Of a DNA stretch of 64,000 bases, positions 11,281-23,900 are shown in pieces. Position numbers and translations under genes: made by a program. Source of the stretch: Pachysolen tannophilus NRRL Y-2460. Taxonomy: Eukaryota. The stretch is from contig KV454018.1 of the NCBI GenBank assembly GCA_001661245.1, positions 307,944 through 371,943 of the forward strand. The letters are read 5' to 3'. The notes below the pieces were generated by a model. It saw nothing but the letters and a program-made list of their open reading frames with translations. It was not told where the DNA came from and did not search any database. How positions within the stretch are numbered: the stretch's first letter is position 1; each line of letters starts with the position of its first letter.

Positions 11281-12627
11281 ATGGATCGTTTTACTCATTC
11301 AAAGACAATTGAACTTTATAGTCAGTTACTTAATGTCAATATTCAAAAGACAGATGAGTATTGGGATTTATTTTTCAAGTTACCTTATAATTATGTTCCA
11401 TTAAATTCAACTTTTGCAAATTTACGTGTGGATCAAATACTTGAAAATCATCAAGTACTTCATATATTATTTTTAAAAGCTTTAGATCGTTTAAAAGAAG
11501 TGAATGCATTAGAAATCTTGAGGATTTTTATTAGGAATATATCATTGGTTAAAAATAATAGAAATGAAGTTTATTTAAAAATTTTTGGAGATTATAATGA
11601 ATTAAGTTTAAATTTTAGTAAATTATTAAAAAATTTAAAATTAAATATGTCAATAAAAATTTTAGATAAAGAATTACAAATTACAAGTCTTGAATTATTT
11701 GTTCAATGTGTTCGAGCATTTTATGGATCAATATGTTTTGAATTTTTTTATGAATTAGATTTATCATTAGAAATTGAATTTTTTTTAAATTTTGATAAAA
11801 ATAAAGATTTTTTAAATTTTAAAAATTATGGAGATATTTTATCATCAATGTCAATATTATATAATAATAATTTAATAAGTACAAATTTTTATAAAAATCA
11901 TTTATTTGATTCAAAAATATCTAAAAATAAAGAATCTTGTTCAAATATTAATTCTTTATTAAAAAAATTATTAATTACAATTGTTGATTTTTATGAACAA
12001 ATTGATCAAGATTTATTAGTTAAACAAGAACAACATTCAACTTTTTTCAATTGGTTTACAGGAAATAGATTCAATACGAAAATTCAAGATTATCATCAAT
12101 TGTTGGAAGAAGCTTTAACACAAGATGATGATGCTGATTTTAATGAAGATGAAATTGACCATTTAAAAGCATTAGTTATTCATAGATTAGAAAAATTAGA
12201 TCAAGCAGTTGCTAAAAATAATAATATTTTGAAAAATAATTTTATACCATTTTTTGAACTCTTACCAGTAACAACTTATCTTTATTCATTTATTATTAAT
12301 GATGATAATTATCGTGATTTGTTTACCAAGAGGAAAGAACAAAAAAATGAAATTAAAATTGAAAATGAAGAAGAAAAACCCCAATTAATTGATTTATTTG
12401 AAATTTTTTTATCACTTGTATCATTTGTTGCACAATATCAACATGATTCAATAAATGAAAATATAATGAGACTTTTTTTATTAATGTTAAATAAAATTAT
12501 TGCTTCAAATAATGAAAATTTAAAGAATTATTTTATAAATCAATATCAAATTAAAATTTGTTCTCAAAAAAATCCAATTATTAAACCTGTTGGATCTTTA
12601 GAATATTTCTCAAATGATGAAGAAGAA

Positions 12628-12662
<35 letters not shown>

Positions 12663-13434
12663 AGAAAATCCATTTATTTCTAAAAAAAATAGTTTTTATT
12701 ATATCTTGGATATTTTACAATGTCAATTAAGATTTAATTTAACAAAAAATTTAGATTTAATTAATTTTAAATTAACAACTTTAATGATATTAAGAATTTT
12801 AAATAATCTTTTAAATTTTAATTTAATTAATGATTATTATAATTGGACAGATTTTTTTAATACATTTTTTGGAGTATTAATTTTTATTAAAAAATATTTA
12901 TTATTGGATAAATTTGAAGAATTAAAATTTATTAAAATTGGTTCACTTGTTGAAGAATTTTTTTTAATAATGGAATTTTTTTTAATAAATTTTAATAATA
13001 TTGATAATAAAAATATTATTTTTGAATTAATTTATAAGATATTAGAAAATAATGATATATTATTAAAATTATTAAATCATTATTTAATTAAAAATACAAA
13101 TAATTTTAAAAAATTTATAATAATTTATGATTTTTTGAAAAAAAATTTTATTGATAGAGGTTTACAAGATAAAGAATATTCACAAATTTATTCTATTTTA
13201 ACTTTAGAATTTGAAAAAAATCAAGAATTTTTCATAAATAATAATGATCAAAAATCATTTCAAATTGGAGATGAAGATTATTTAATTTCATTTATAGAAA
13301 ATGATAATTTAAATTTTGAATCTGAAACTTTTAAATATTTCCGCAAAAAAAATTCAATTTATACAAATTCAAAAATAACATTGATTAATCAAGATTTAGA
13401 TCATATATGCAAATACGATAGAATGTTTTTATAG
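11281..13434 (+). CDS. Helical protein, probably ARMH3/C10orf76 (UPF0668, DUF1741) family
   Basis: 717-aa ORF. N-terminal SKTIELY..EYWDLFFKL and C-terminal RFNLTKNLD..ILRIL..YNWTDFF..FELI resemble the recalled DUF1741 pattern; very AT-rich. Confidence 0.55.
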
Positions 13435-13894
13435 AAAAAGAAATGAAAATGATATATCATATAAAACTTAAACATCTTGTAGTTCATTCATTAATTCTTT
13501 TATTATATTGCTATCCTCTTAGCTAAGGATTATCAATGTCCGGAAACTTCTCGAAATTTTTTTTTTATTTTTTTTTTTAACCTGTTTTTGTGTGTTGACA
13601 AAAATAGCTTTAAAAAATCCTCAATTATAAGACTAAAACTCCTTTTAAAAAATAGTCCTTCTTTTTAATTAATAAAAGATTTAATAAAGAAAGAAAAAAA
13701 AAAAGGTATAAGTCTTTTTTTTCTTTTTTTTTTTTGTTGTTGAATTGGATTATTTCTAATTGAGATATTTTCCTTTTTTAAAATTTTTTCTTTCTTGTAT
13801 ATATATATATAAATATATATATATATTACTTTTTTTTTCTTTGTTTGTTTGTTTGTTTGTTTGTTAATAATTGGTATAATAGGTAAAAGACAAG

Positions 13895-15406
13895 ATGGAT
13901 GCTACAACTCTTGTTTCTCCAAAGAAACATACAAAGTCTCAATCTGCTTATGCTTTTGATAATACGACTACTAGTATTGCAGCTAGTCAGATGCGTAATG
14001 CTTTAAATGATTTATCTGATACTGTTGATAATCCTGATTTACAAAGAAAATTTGAAAATGAAATGGATTCATTTTTTTCACTTTTTAGAAGATATTTGGC
14101 CGATAAGGCTTCTGGGAACACTTTAGATTGGGAAAGAATAAGATCTCCTTCTTCAGATGAAGTTGTTGATTATAATAGTATTAAATCTGCAGAAAATACT
14201 AGTAATTTAAGTAAATTGGCTGTTTTAAAATTAAACGGGGGGTTAGGTACTTCAATGGGATGTGTTGGACCAAAATCTGTAATTGAAGTTAGAGATGGTC
14301 AATCTTTTTTAGATTTGGCTGTTAGACAAATTGAATATTTGAATAGAACTTATGATGCTGATGTTCCTTTATTATTAATGAATTCTTTTAATACAGATAA
14401 TGATACTGCAAAAGTTATTAAAAAATATTCAGGTCATAGAATTAGAGTTCGTACTTTTAATCAATCAAGATTCCCAAGAATTTTTAAAGATTCTTTATTA
14501 CCTGTTCCACAAAATTATAATGATTCTTTAGATAGTTGGTATCCACCTGGTCATGGTGATTTATTTGAATCATTGGTTCAATCAGGTGAATTAGATGCTT
14601 TAATATCTCAAGGTAAAGAAGTTTTATTTGTTTCAAATGGTGATAATTTAGGTGCAACAGTAGAATTAAAAATTTTAAATCATATGATTGATACAGGTGC
14701 AGAATATATTATGGAATTAACAGATAAAACAAGAGCTGATGTTAAAGGTGGTACTTTAATTTCATATGATGGTCAAGTTAGATTATTAGAAATTGCTCAA
14801 GTACCAAAAGAACATGTTGAAGAATTTAAATCTATTAAAAAATTTAAAAATTTTAATACTAATAATTTATGGATTAATTTAAAAGCAATAAAAAGATTAG
14901 TAGAACAAAATGGTATTCAAGTTGAAATTATTCCAAATCAAAAATCAGTTTCTGTTGATGGAAATGAAGTAAACGTTTTACAATTAGAAACTGCTGTTGG
15001 TGCTGCAATTAGACATTTTAAAGGTGCTCATGGTGTTGTTGTTCCAAGATCAAGATTCTTACCTGTGAAAACTTGTTCTGATTTATTATTGGTAAAATCA
15101 GATTTATTTTATTTAGAACATGGTGCTTTAAAACTTCATCCTTCACGTTTTGGAGGTGCTCCATTAATTAAATTAGGTTCTCATTTTAAAAAAGTTAATG
15201 GTTTCCAACAAAGAATTCCTCATATGCCAAAAATTTTAGAATTGGATCATTTAACAATTACAGGTAATGTCACTCTTGGTAGAAGTGTTCAATTAAAAGG
15301 AACAGTTATAATTGTTTGTTCTGATGGACAAAGAATTGATATTCCAAATGGTTCCATACTAGAAAATGTTGTTATCACTGGTAACTTGACAATTCTCGAA
15401 CATTAA
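13895..15406 (+). CDS. UGP1: UTP--glucose-1-phosphate uridylyltransferase
   Basis: [47 protein letters not shown]. Confidence 0.98.
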   Translation: MDATTLVSPKKHTKSQSAYAFDNTTTSIAASQMRNALNDLSDTVDNPDLQRKFENEMDSFFSLFRRYLADKASGNTLDWERIRSPSSDEVVDYNSIKSAENTSNLSKLAVLKLNGGLGTSMGCVGPKSVIEVRDGQSFLDLAVRQIEYLNRTYDADVPLLLMNSFNTDNDTAKVIKKYSGHRIRVRTFNQSRFPRIFKDSLLPVPQNYNDSLDSWYPPGHGDLFESLVQSGELDALISQGKEVLFVSNGDNLGATVELKILNHMIDTGAEYIMELTDKTRADVKGGTLISYDGQVRLLEIAQVPKEHVEEFKSIKKFKNFNTNNLWINLKAIKRLVEQNGIQVEIIPNQKSVSVDGNEVNVLQLETAVGAAIRHFKGAHGVVVPRSRFLPVKTCSDLLLVKSDLFYLEHGALKLHPSRFGGAPLIKLGSHFKKVNGFQQRIPHMPKILELDHLTITGNVTLGRSVQLKGTVIIVCSDGQRIDIPNGSILENVVITGNLTILEH

Positions 15407-15935
15407 AAGCACAAAATTGACAAAAGAAAGAAAGAAAAAAAAAAAACAAAGAAAAAACAAAAAAAAAGATATCAAGAGAAAAGATTTATTTTTAAAAATT
15501 AACAACTTATAGATATTTTATACATATCATTTTTTTTTCATTTTTTTTTTTTTTTTATTTTTGTTATACGCTTATTATGGAGAAGTAAATAATTTATAAT
15601 TCCTTTTTCTTTTTTTTTTTTTTCCGTTTCTAATTTTATTCATATATACTTTTTGAAATTCAATCTTAACTTTTTATTATTTTTTATTAATAAATGTTCA
15701 TTTCACTTAATAATTCAATAAAATTAAAAGGGTTTTTTTTTCTTTCTTTCATTAATACCAACTTTTCAAAATGTTTATGTCCTTGAAAAATTTAGTACAT
15801 TATGTTTGTGCGGCTGAAAAAAAAATACCATTTGAGCAAAGAACAGGCCAAAAATATCATTGAATTCTTCTTCTTCTTCTTATATTTTATTTATAATTGA
15901 GTAGTTGCTTGATTCAATTTACTTGGTTGATTGGA

Positions 15936-18122
15936 ATGTTTATTGTTTCTAGAACCAGATTAACTCAATTTAAGGGTGTTTATAGATCCAAGTTACCACT
16001 ATGGGTTTTGAAATTTTCAACAACTACATCAAGACACATAAATCCAGTTTTCCCATTTGATGTTACTGATGAACTTGAAAATGAAGACTTACAGGCTGAA
16101 AAGAAGAAGTTAGAGAAGGAGAAAAAAAAATTGGAAAAAAATAATAAAAATGGTGAAAATGGTGGAGATGGTGGAGATAAGAATGATAATGATAAGAAGC
16201 AACCAGTGTATAAGACACCATATCAAGAAGAGCAAGAGTTGAAGAAAAAAAGAGAAGAAGAAGAATATGAGGCCAAACAAGAAAATAAATCCAAGTTTAG
16301 GAATTTTTGTTTTAAATGTTTGGAAACTTCTGGAATTACATTTGCCTCATTAGTGATACTAGGTAGTGCTGGGTTATTATATCATAAATTATATCAGGTT
16401 CATGTTGCCGATAAGATGTACAATGCTTTTAACCAAGGTGATCCAGCTTTCCAATTGACCATGCACCAGAGATCAAATAATAATGGGAAAGATTGGGTAC
16501 AAAGACCACAACAGGAATTGTTAGATGAGATTATTAGGGGTGATATAATAGGAAGGTATTTCTTGGTGATTGGTGAAAAGGGAACGGGGAAGACTTCAAT
16601 GATTTTAGAAGCAATTAGAAAAATAAATGGTGAAAATTGTACATTTCTTGATGCACATGCTGACCCTGAATTGTTTAGGATAAGATTAGGTCATGCTTTA
16701 AAATTTGCTTATCATGAAGATTATATTGGTTCATTGTTTTCCATAAGAGGTCCTAGAGATACTACAGCAATTTTAGATATTGAAAGAGCATTCAATGAAT
16801 TAGAAGAAGTTGCTGTGAAAAGAGTTAAAGCAACTGGGAAACCTTTGATATTAGTTATAAATAATGCGCATTTAATTAGGGATGATCCCGATGGTAATAA
16901 TTTGGTTGAATTGTTACAACAAAAAGCAGAAAATTTGAGTGGTGCAGGATTGGTGACGATGATTTTTAACAGTGATGATTATTGGCTTTATGAGAGATTG
17001 AAAAAATTGGGAACAAGATTGGAAGTTATCAATGTAAGGGATTTGAATAGGGAACAATCAGTAAAACTGATAAAAGTAGCAAGATTAAGGTATTTCCAAC
17101 AACCAATTTCAGATGAATTAGCAAATAAAGTTTACGATTTGATTGGAGGGAGACCTCAGCATCTTAGTCATGTTGCTGGGCATCTGGATATGATTACATC
17201 GTGTCATGAAATTATTGATGGTGAAAAAACGTGGTTATTGAATCAATGTGGACTCTTGGGTAATAATATGGATGATGACGTTATGGCAAGTGGGAAATTC
17301 TCTTCATCTGCAATGTTATTAATGAAAGAACTAGTTGATATGGATAGAGAAAGGATACGAAAGGAATTTTGGCAGGGTTTATTAAAAAGAGAATCTTCTG
17401 CTAGAAATTTACAAGACACAGATAGAAATAAGCTATTAGCATCATCATCAGAACATGTAAGACATAAATTACCAGAATTACCTTTATGGAGGGCAAGACA
17501 GATTATGACGAGACCTGATTTTATTAAGAAGTACGATAACTTGAACATTTTTGCCATAGACTCACATTCAAGAGTAAGAGCAGATTCTGTTCCTATGATG
17601 CGTGCATTTCATGAGGTGGCATCTCAGCCTGGTTTCGATGATTTGTTGGAACGCACAGTTCAGAGAATATCAGATATAGAGTCATTAGGTAGAACTCGAG
17701 AACTTGTTGCAAAAGATTTATTGTTGGGTGGTAAATACAACTTCAAAGATACTAAAAACGACAATAAATATGAAATTTTTGCAAGTGACATTACTACTGA
17801 GAATTCAGATATCATCGTTGATGGAGATGGTGAAGTGATGAAAATTGACCAATATGAAGGCGAATTTAGAGATTGTAGTGCTGAAAATGAGGATGAAATT
17901 AAAATGGAGGATATTAACAAAGAAGCAAATAAGAAAAAGTGGTGGAATAGGAGAATGCAACTGTTTGGCCATAATTATATTCCTCCAGAATACTTTAACA
18001 GAGATATTTCTCAGATTAAAGAAAATGATGGTGATCCGTTTTTGGATATTAGTAGGCTGCAAGATGAATCAGATGGGTTTAAAAATAAGGATAAAGAACA
18101 CGAGAACACGAGGGAAGGATGA
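15936..18122 (+). CDS. Fungal P-loop (AAA-like) protein with one TM segment, probably mitochondrial
   Basis: Walker A GEKGTGKT, degenerate Walker B LILVINN, GGRPQHL; presequence-like N-terminus; hydrophobic segment ITFASLVILGSAGLLY; first ATG at 15936. Confidence 0.7.
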   Translation: MFIVSRTRLTQFKGVYRSKLPLWVLKFSTTTSRHINPVFPFDVTDELENEDLQAEKKKLEKEKKKLEKNNKNGENGGDGGDKNDNDKKQPVYKTPYQEEQELKKKREEEEYEAKQENKSKFRNFCFKCLETSGITFASLVILGSAGLLYHKLYQVHVADKMYNAFNQGDPAFQLTMHQRSNNNGKDWVQRPQQELLDEIIRGDIIGRYFLVIGEKGTGKTSMILEAIRKINGENCTFLDAHADPELFRIRLGHALKFAYHEDYIGSLFSIRGPRDTTAILDIERAFNELEEVAVKRVKATGKPLILVINNAHLIRDDPDGNNLVELLQQKAENLSGAGLVTMIFNSDDYWLYERLKKLGTRLEVINVRDLNREQSVKLIKVARLRYFQQPISDELANKVYDLIGGRPQHLSHVAGHLDMITSCHEIIDGEKTWLLNQCGLLGNNMDDDVMASGKFSSSAMLLMKELVDMDRERIRKEFWQGLLKRESSARNLQDTDRNKLLASSSEHVRHKLPELPLWRARQIMTRPDFIKKYDNLNIFAIDSHSRVRADSVPMMRAFHEVASQPGFDDLLERTVQRISDIESLGRTRELVAKDLLLGGKYNFKDTKNDNKYEIFASDITTENSDIIVDGDGEVMKIDQYEGEFRDCSAENEDEIKMEDINKEANKKKWWNRRMQLFGHNYIPPEYFNRDISQIKENDGDPFLDISRLQDESDGFKNKDKEHENTREG

Positions 18123-18291
18123 TAGACGAGAATATTGTAATAATATCTATATTTATATTTATATTTATATCGTTAGAAACAACAGAAAATAAAATTGTAA
18201 TAGTAAAGAAAAATGCAAAAACACAAAAATGTTCTTTCATAAATATATATAAACCAAACAAACAAAAAAAACGCCAAAAACCAAAATCATT

Positions 18292-20322
18292 TCATAATGA
18301 AACGACAGACGCGTTCGATTTCAAATTTATAGCTTCATTATTTCTATAAACGTTATTTCTAGTCCTTCTATGACTACTACGAGGCACATCTGCACCTCCA
18401 TCACTGAAATAATTTAAATTTTCTTTATCGTCAATATCGTTATTATTGGCGTCATCAGGGCCACTAATAATTAGATTATCAATACTCTGCTCTTGAATCT
18501 CCTTTGCATGTGATCTTCTAATCCGACTTGCAATACTATCACTATCTATCAATTCTTTTAACATTTTACTTCTAGATAAAGTCCCATTTCCGGCACTTCC
18601 ATTAGGTATATTATCAATTATGGCTTTAGGAATCATTGCTCTCCCTAACTTGATAACCTCATTTGACCATCTTGATGTTTCAGTTTTTGCAGGTTTCTTC
18701 AACGCTGTCCATTTTGGTTTACAACCTTTGGTTAAATCTTTAATAACAGTTTCATTCGTCCAATTATCATTCCAAGTTTTATTTTGCAAACCGACCAAAT
18801 GTGAGAATGTACCAGAAACCAATGCACCATCTGAGTATCCACCTTCTAAGAAAGAGATCAATTTACCGTTTGAATACAAGTTGGATAATTTTATTGCGTC
18901 TTTTGTAAAACGTTGATAGAATGAAGTTGGAACATTGACATCATGTCTTTGCATCGATGGGGTTTCATATTCCGATCCATCGAACCCTGCAGATATCATC
19001 ACTATAGCTTTGAAAGGAGATGGCAGAGGAATCTTACCATTTGATTCAAATGATTTCTCACTCAAATGTGAATGTGTATTCCTAGCTTCTAATAAAAATT
19101 CTTCAGCTTTTCTTAAAATCTCAATATATCTTCTTTCGTATAATCTATTAAAGTCTTCTAAATCTTTATATGGTTTCAAATGGACATTCCAGATGTATAA
19201 ATCGTGTGCTGCTATACAAGTGGATGCATTTTTAATATTTGCTTGTGTTGCAAAACCAGATTCGGTTGGGAAAGAATTTATATCGTGTAAGGAGAAATAT
19301 CCAACTTTTGGACCATTCAAGGCGCTTCTTTTCTCGTATTCATCAAATAAGTTATCAGGTTCATCGTTCAAAGATTCATCGCCGTATTCAGGTTTCCATC
19401 CACCACGGAGCCAACAAATATCCTGAGTACCATCTCCATGGTGTAAATCAATATCTAATATCACCGCATGTGTAACATCGTATTTTTCAAAAGCATATTG
19501 AATTCCTATTTGGACGTTGTTAATTAAACAGAAACCAGAAGGTAAACAAGGATGGCTATGATGACCTGGAGGTCTAATGACAACAAAAGATCTCTTTGGT
19601 GATAAACCTGAATCTGCTCCAGGTGAGAAAACAGAATCAACAGCTGTTTCCACAGCACCAATAACAGATTTAAGGGCAATAACTGTATGCGGATTAATAT
19701 AGATATCTCCTGAATTCCAATCATCCGGAACTTCCAATTTTTGATCTTTTAATTTTTCTCTTGATTCATTACTCAATCTCTCAATCTCCAGAGGCCAATT
19801 CTTACCATGTACCTTGATAACATGAGAAGAATCAAGTGGTGACAATTTGGTTGAGTTCAATAGAGTGAAGCTTGAAGGATATATAGATAAAGCGGCGGCT
19901 ATTCCAATAGAAACAGCAAGTAGTCTTTGTGGTCTTTCAACAATTGTGGAAATATACCTTTTAGAAACCCAATTTCTAGCAAAAAAATGCTCCAAAGATA
20001 AAGGTGACAATACAATTAAAGATTTATCTCCTTCTGGTACTATTTCTGCATTTTGAAGAACACCTGGATTTGATTCTAAAAAATTTTGAAAAGCAATTTT
20101 AAAATTGTTTAAATCAGATGCAACTTCAAGGTCAAATTTTTCAAGAAAACTTTCATCAAGACTTAAAAAATCTTCACCATCCTCTTGACCAAACTCATCT
20201 TTAACTCTTATTTCATCTTCATTAAGTTGAAGAACCGGAGATCCCGACGATAATTTCAACTGTTCTAAACCTTTTTGAAGCAAATCGTTATCTGAGGCAT
20301 TTAATGATAACGATGAAGACAT
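18292..20322 (-). CDS. HOS3: Histone deacetylase Hos3
   Basis: VERPQRL, RPPGHH, SGFCLINNV, DIDLHHGDGTQ, SAGFD, LEGGYSD. Confidence 0.95.
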   Translation of the reverse strand: MSSSLSLNASDNDLLQKGLEQLKLSSGSPVLQLNEDEIRVKDEFGQEDGEDFLSLDESFLEKFDLEVASDLNNFKIAFQNFLESNPGVLQNAEIVPEGDKSLIVLSPLSLEHFFARNWVSKRYISTIVERPQRLLAVSIGIAAALSIYPSSFTLLNSTKLSPLDSSHVIKVHGKNWPLEIERLSNESREKLKDQKLEVPDDWNSGDIYINPHTVIALKSVIGAVETAVDSVFSPGADSGLSPKRSFVVIRPPGHHSHPCLPSGFCLINNVQIGIQYAFEKYDVTHAVILDIDLHHGDGTQDICWLRGGWKPEYGDESLNDEPDNLFDEYEKRSALNGPKVGYFSLHDINSFPTESGFATQANIKNASTCIAAHDLYIWNVHLKPYKDLEDFNRLYERRYIEILRKAEEFLLEARNTHSHLSEKSFESNGKIPLPSPFKAIVMISAGFDGSEYETPSMQRHDVNVPTSFYQRFTKDAIKLSNLYSNGKLISFLEGGYSDGALVSGTFSHLVGLQNKTWNDNWTNETVIKDLTKGCKPKWTALKKPAKTETSRWSNEVIKLGRAMIPKAIIDNIPNGSAGNGTLSRSKMLKELIDSDSIASRIRRSHAKEIQEQSIDNLIISGPDDANNNDIDDKENLNYFSDGGADVPRSSHRRTRNNVYRNNEAINLKSNASVVSL

Positions 20323-20761
20323 ATTGTAAAAATCGGCAATACCGATACCTTAATTTTTGGTTAGACACAAGATAGCTTTCAAAATAAACAAACTAACCAG
20401 ATCTAAATTTCAATTCCAACAATATTATCAACAGTATCCACAGAAAACTCTCCAATATCTAACATCAAACATATATAAATTTAAAAATAAATAGATGTAA
20501 TTGAAATTAGGTTTTCAGATGCTTCTTAAAAGTAAACAAAACAAAATCCTATCGGTTCCATCACCTAAAATCCGACGGACGAGTTGGGTTTGATAACGAT
20601 TTCAATAGGGTCAAGAATAGATTCCCCTTTACATTGATAAGACAAGAGGAATTGGCTTTTCTGTATTCTTTGATAAAAAAGAAAAAAAAAGTTAAAAAAT
20701 TTTAAAAAAAGGTACAATAGTTTTATTTAAAGTTCATACAATATGTACAAAAGTATAGGAT

Positions 20762-21772
20762 CTACCATTCACTTTCCCCATTTGCCTTTTGGAAAGTATA
20801 GTCCTTACCGTTAACGTTGGCAATACCATCTCGGAGATTACACTTCCACTTATTTTTAACCCTCAGGACTTTTTCGTAAAGACATAACATTAGGTTTCCT
20901 TCTTGGTCTTCATTTTCTTCATCTGAATTTAAAGAGTCTTCATCATCATCAAGATCTGAATTTATATCATCTGACCCTATATTGACATCATCTTCATCTT
21001 CCTCTCCCGAGGAGTATAGTCCATCGACTTGTGCTATTCTTTTCTTCTTCATGTGTTGTCTTTTCTTATTTTTTCTTTGTAATCTTTTCATGAATTTTAA
21101 AGCTTCTTCATTTTGTTCACTATCATTATTATCAACATCAAATGTAATTTCAAAAGCTCCATCCGATTGATTTACAACCCTGCCCCCGCCTGGTAGTATC
21201 AATCCTGTGTCTTCTTGATTTCCTGCCGATGATGATATTGCACTAGGATACTGTAAAGCCGCAGCTACATCTGGACTAATTGTTGGTTCCGGATGGTTTA
21301 AATTTATCTGTAAAGAGGAGGAATTATTATTAGTGCCATTAGTGTTTGAATCCGCATGGTCCAATGAAAAATTTCCAGCTGAACCTTGACTCAGACCTGG
21401 AGACGCCTGTGGAGGTAATTGTCCATTATCTTCTTTTGCATTAACCCATGGAAAATCTGCAACTTTTGATTGAGCCAATTTTTGCATCCAAATCTAAAAA
21501 CAACAACGAAAAAAAAAGGGCATTAGTAATTTGTTGCTGAAAACACTCACATGAAAGCTGATATACTTACTTTTCTTAAATCTTGCAAAGTAGCTTCATC
21601 AATTCCACTATCTTCAAAATCTTGTCTTGATTCAGCAATGACATCTTCAATTATACTTTGATAAATGTTGGCCTAGACAATAAGAAAAAAAAAAGAAAAA
21701 AACCGTTAGTAACCGCCATTCGCTTTCGAAAGAAACTCAAATGTAATTACTTACTGTTTCTGGATTTGACAT
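20762..21772 (-). CDS. TOA1: TFIIA large subunit, two introns: exons 21772..21755, 21672..21571, 21493..20762
   Basis: Spliced N-terminus MSNPETANIYQSIIEDVIAESRQDFEDSGIDEATLQDLRKIWMQKL; C-terminal LCLYEKV.RVKNKWKC...GESEW. Both introns run GTAAGT...TAG, with branch points TACTAAC (21711-21705) and TACTAAT (21528-21522). Confidence 0.95.
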
Positions 21773-22585
21773 ATTACCTCTATAGTTATAGTTATATATA
21801 TATATATATATATATAATATATGTATAAATTATAATTTTTTTTTTTTTTTTTTAATAATTCCAGCTAATCCCAAAATACAAGCTCCCAAAAAGCAAAAAA
21901 ACAGAATAAAATATAATACAAAATCGAAATATAACAAATTATATACAATTGGGAGCACTCAATTTCCAATAATTAACTATTGTCCTCTTGTTATTTTTTT
22001 GCTTTAAAACTTGGGTACTTTTAAAAAGAAAATGATGATGGGAATTGCCCGATATTTATAGTGGCGCTAAAAAATCGTTGCTCGCTTAGTACACGACCAA
22101 AACCCACAGTAAAACAAACAAAGGTCGTTCTGATCTCCCCACGATAAGCTCTTTTAATTCTTTTATCACAAATTAACAAGTGTTATCAAGGAAATGTCAA
22201 TGGCGGTATGTGATAGGAGGTCTTAACAACTGGTAAAGTTCTTAGAATTCTGCTTAAAAAGGCAGAAGCAAAAAAAAAAAAAGTTGGGTAGAACAGACAA
22301 ATTACTAGACTATTTCTTTATGAAGACGTTCCTTTGTTAGGAAGAAATTATTAGAAAAAACAAAAGAAAAAACACTTCAACCATACTCATGGACAATATA
22401 GTCAACACATATACTTACAAAAAAGCTGACCGCCCATAACAGCTAGTGGCTTGACAAGATGGACAAAGGTGAAAGAGAGTAGATATCCGATGAAGCCATC
22501 AAAATTAAATGAAAACAAAACAAAAACAAGGTCGTGTGTTTTGAAGTCAATAAAATGCTAGCAAAAAAAATAAAAAAAACACGCT

Positions 22586-22614
22586 TTGTTTATACTTTAA
22601 ATAAATGTAAACAA
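22586..22614. promoter_or_regulatory. Forkhead-type (Fkh/Hcm1) sites upstream of the SLK19-like gene
   Basis: TTGTTTAT at 22586-93 and GTAAACAA at 22607-14; AT-rich background limits specificity. Confidence 0.3.
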
Positions 22615-22749
22615 AACAACAAAATTATTGTAATTATATAACAATTGTTTTATTCATTTGAGTTTTCTGGTCAATATATCTAAAAAGTGATCCCTAAGTA
22701 AATAGAGGTATTAGTGGAATCAGCTTATTAGAAGGAAGGTAGAAAAAAC

Positions 22750-22781
<32 letters not shown>

Positions 22782-22788
22782 AAAGAGA

Positions 22789-23866
22789 ATGGATCTGGAT
22801 CAGTTGATTAGCCAGGCGGAAGCTTTTAGCCCACCGCCAAAGATAAATATTTATAAAGAAGTTACCGCGGTTGGTGATCATGATGAGAATAAGGATCGTG
22901 AAAGTGCAGATAGATTGGAAAAGATTCCGCATGGATTGAGTCATAAGCATTCGAGTAGATCGAGATCTGCTGAATCGAATAGGAGAAGATCTTTAAATGT
23001 TTTGACTGAATCGTCATTGCTGAATGTTAATTATTCACCAAGTTCACTGATGAAAAAGGCTTTCCCATTAACGTGTCCCAGATTGAATTCAAATGGCGCC
23101 GCTGTTGCAAGAGCCATTGACTTTAAGCATAGTAAAGTCAATTTAGATATAAAATTACAAGAAGCAACTACTGGTGAGGAAAAGGAAAATGAAAATGTTA
23201 TGCTTACACCTTATAAACAAAAAAGGCAAAGAAAGAAAGATACTTCATTACCTCAAACTCCATCTATAATAAAATCTTCTTCATCTCCAGTTAAACAATC
23301 TTGTTCTTCTTCTATTACTTCATCTTCTACAAGACGTAAACCAGATTTGGATGGAAAAGATGAAAATAATGAAGATATTGAAGAAGAAAGTGCTAGAAAA
23401 ATACAAAAATTGGATCATGATTCTTATTCAATTGATAATAAAATTTCCCAAAGATTACAACCCCCAACTACACCTCTGAGACCAACAAAGGCAAGAGCTG
23501 CTAGTCCAAGTAATGAACAACACAGTCGTATAATGGATGATAGCAATTTAATGTTAGATATATCGAAATCACCTAATGTTGGTAGTACTGGCACTAGCCC
23601 ATTAGCAAGTGTCAGTAATATTAATAGCTCAATTGGGCATGATCAAGAAGAAGAAGATGATGAGGATGAAGACGGTGAAGAAGAAAGAGCAGAGAGGACA
23701 CACGATATCATGTCCCAGCTTAAAAGTGATACCATCTCTCTTGAAGAAAGTGATCTTTCTCATATCAATCTGAGATCAACCGATTTTGAAGGTCATGAAT
23801 CTGACACTGAGAAAGAAAGACAAGAAAAACAAGTAAACCACGATGATATTGACAATGGTGATCATG

Positions 23867-23900
<34 letters not shown>

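Noticed and set aside
13705..13882. Possible 5' UTR intron of UGP1
   Set aside because: Donor GTATAA and branch-point candidates are poor matches; not supportable without RNA data.
18620..19426. Antisense ORFs of 98 and 163 aa inside HOS3 (and similar ones in HGT1, GAL1, GIP3, BEM3)
   Set aside because: Shadow frames of real genes.
22032..22133. Candidate box C/D snoRNA (ATGATGA...CTGA)
   Set aside because: Weak terminal stem and no rRNA-complementary guide that I could recognise; would need snoscan/Infernal.
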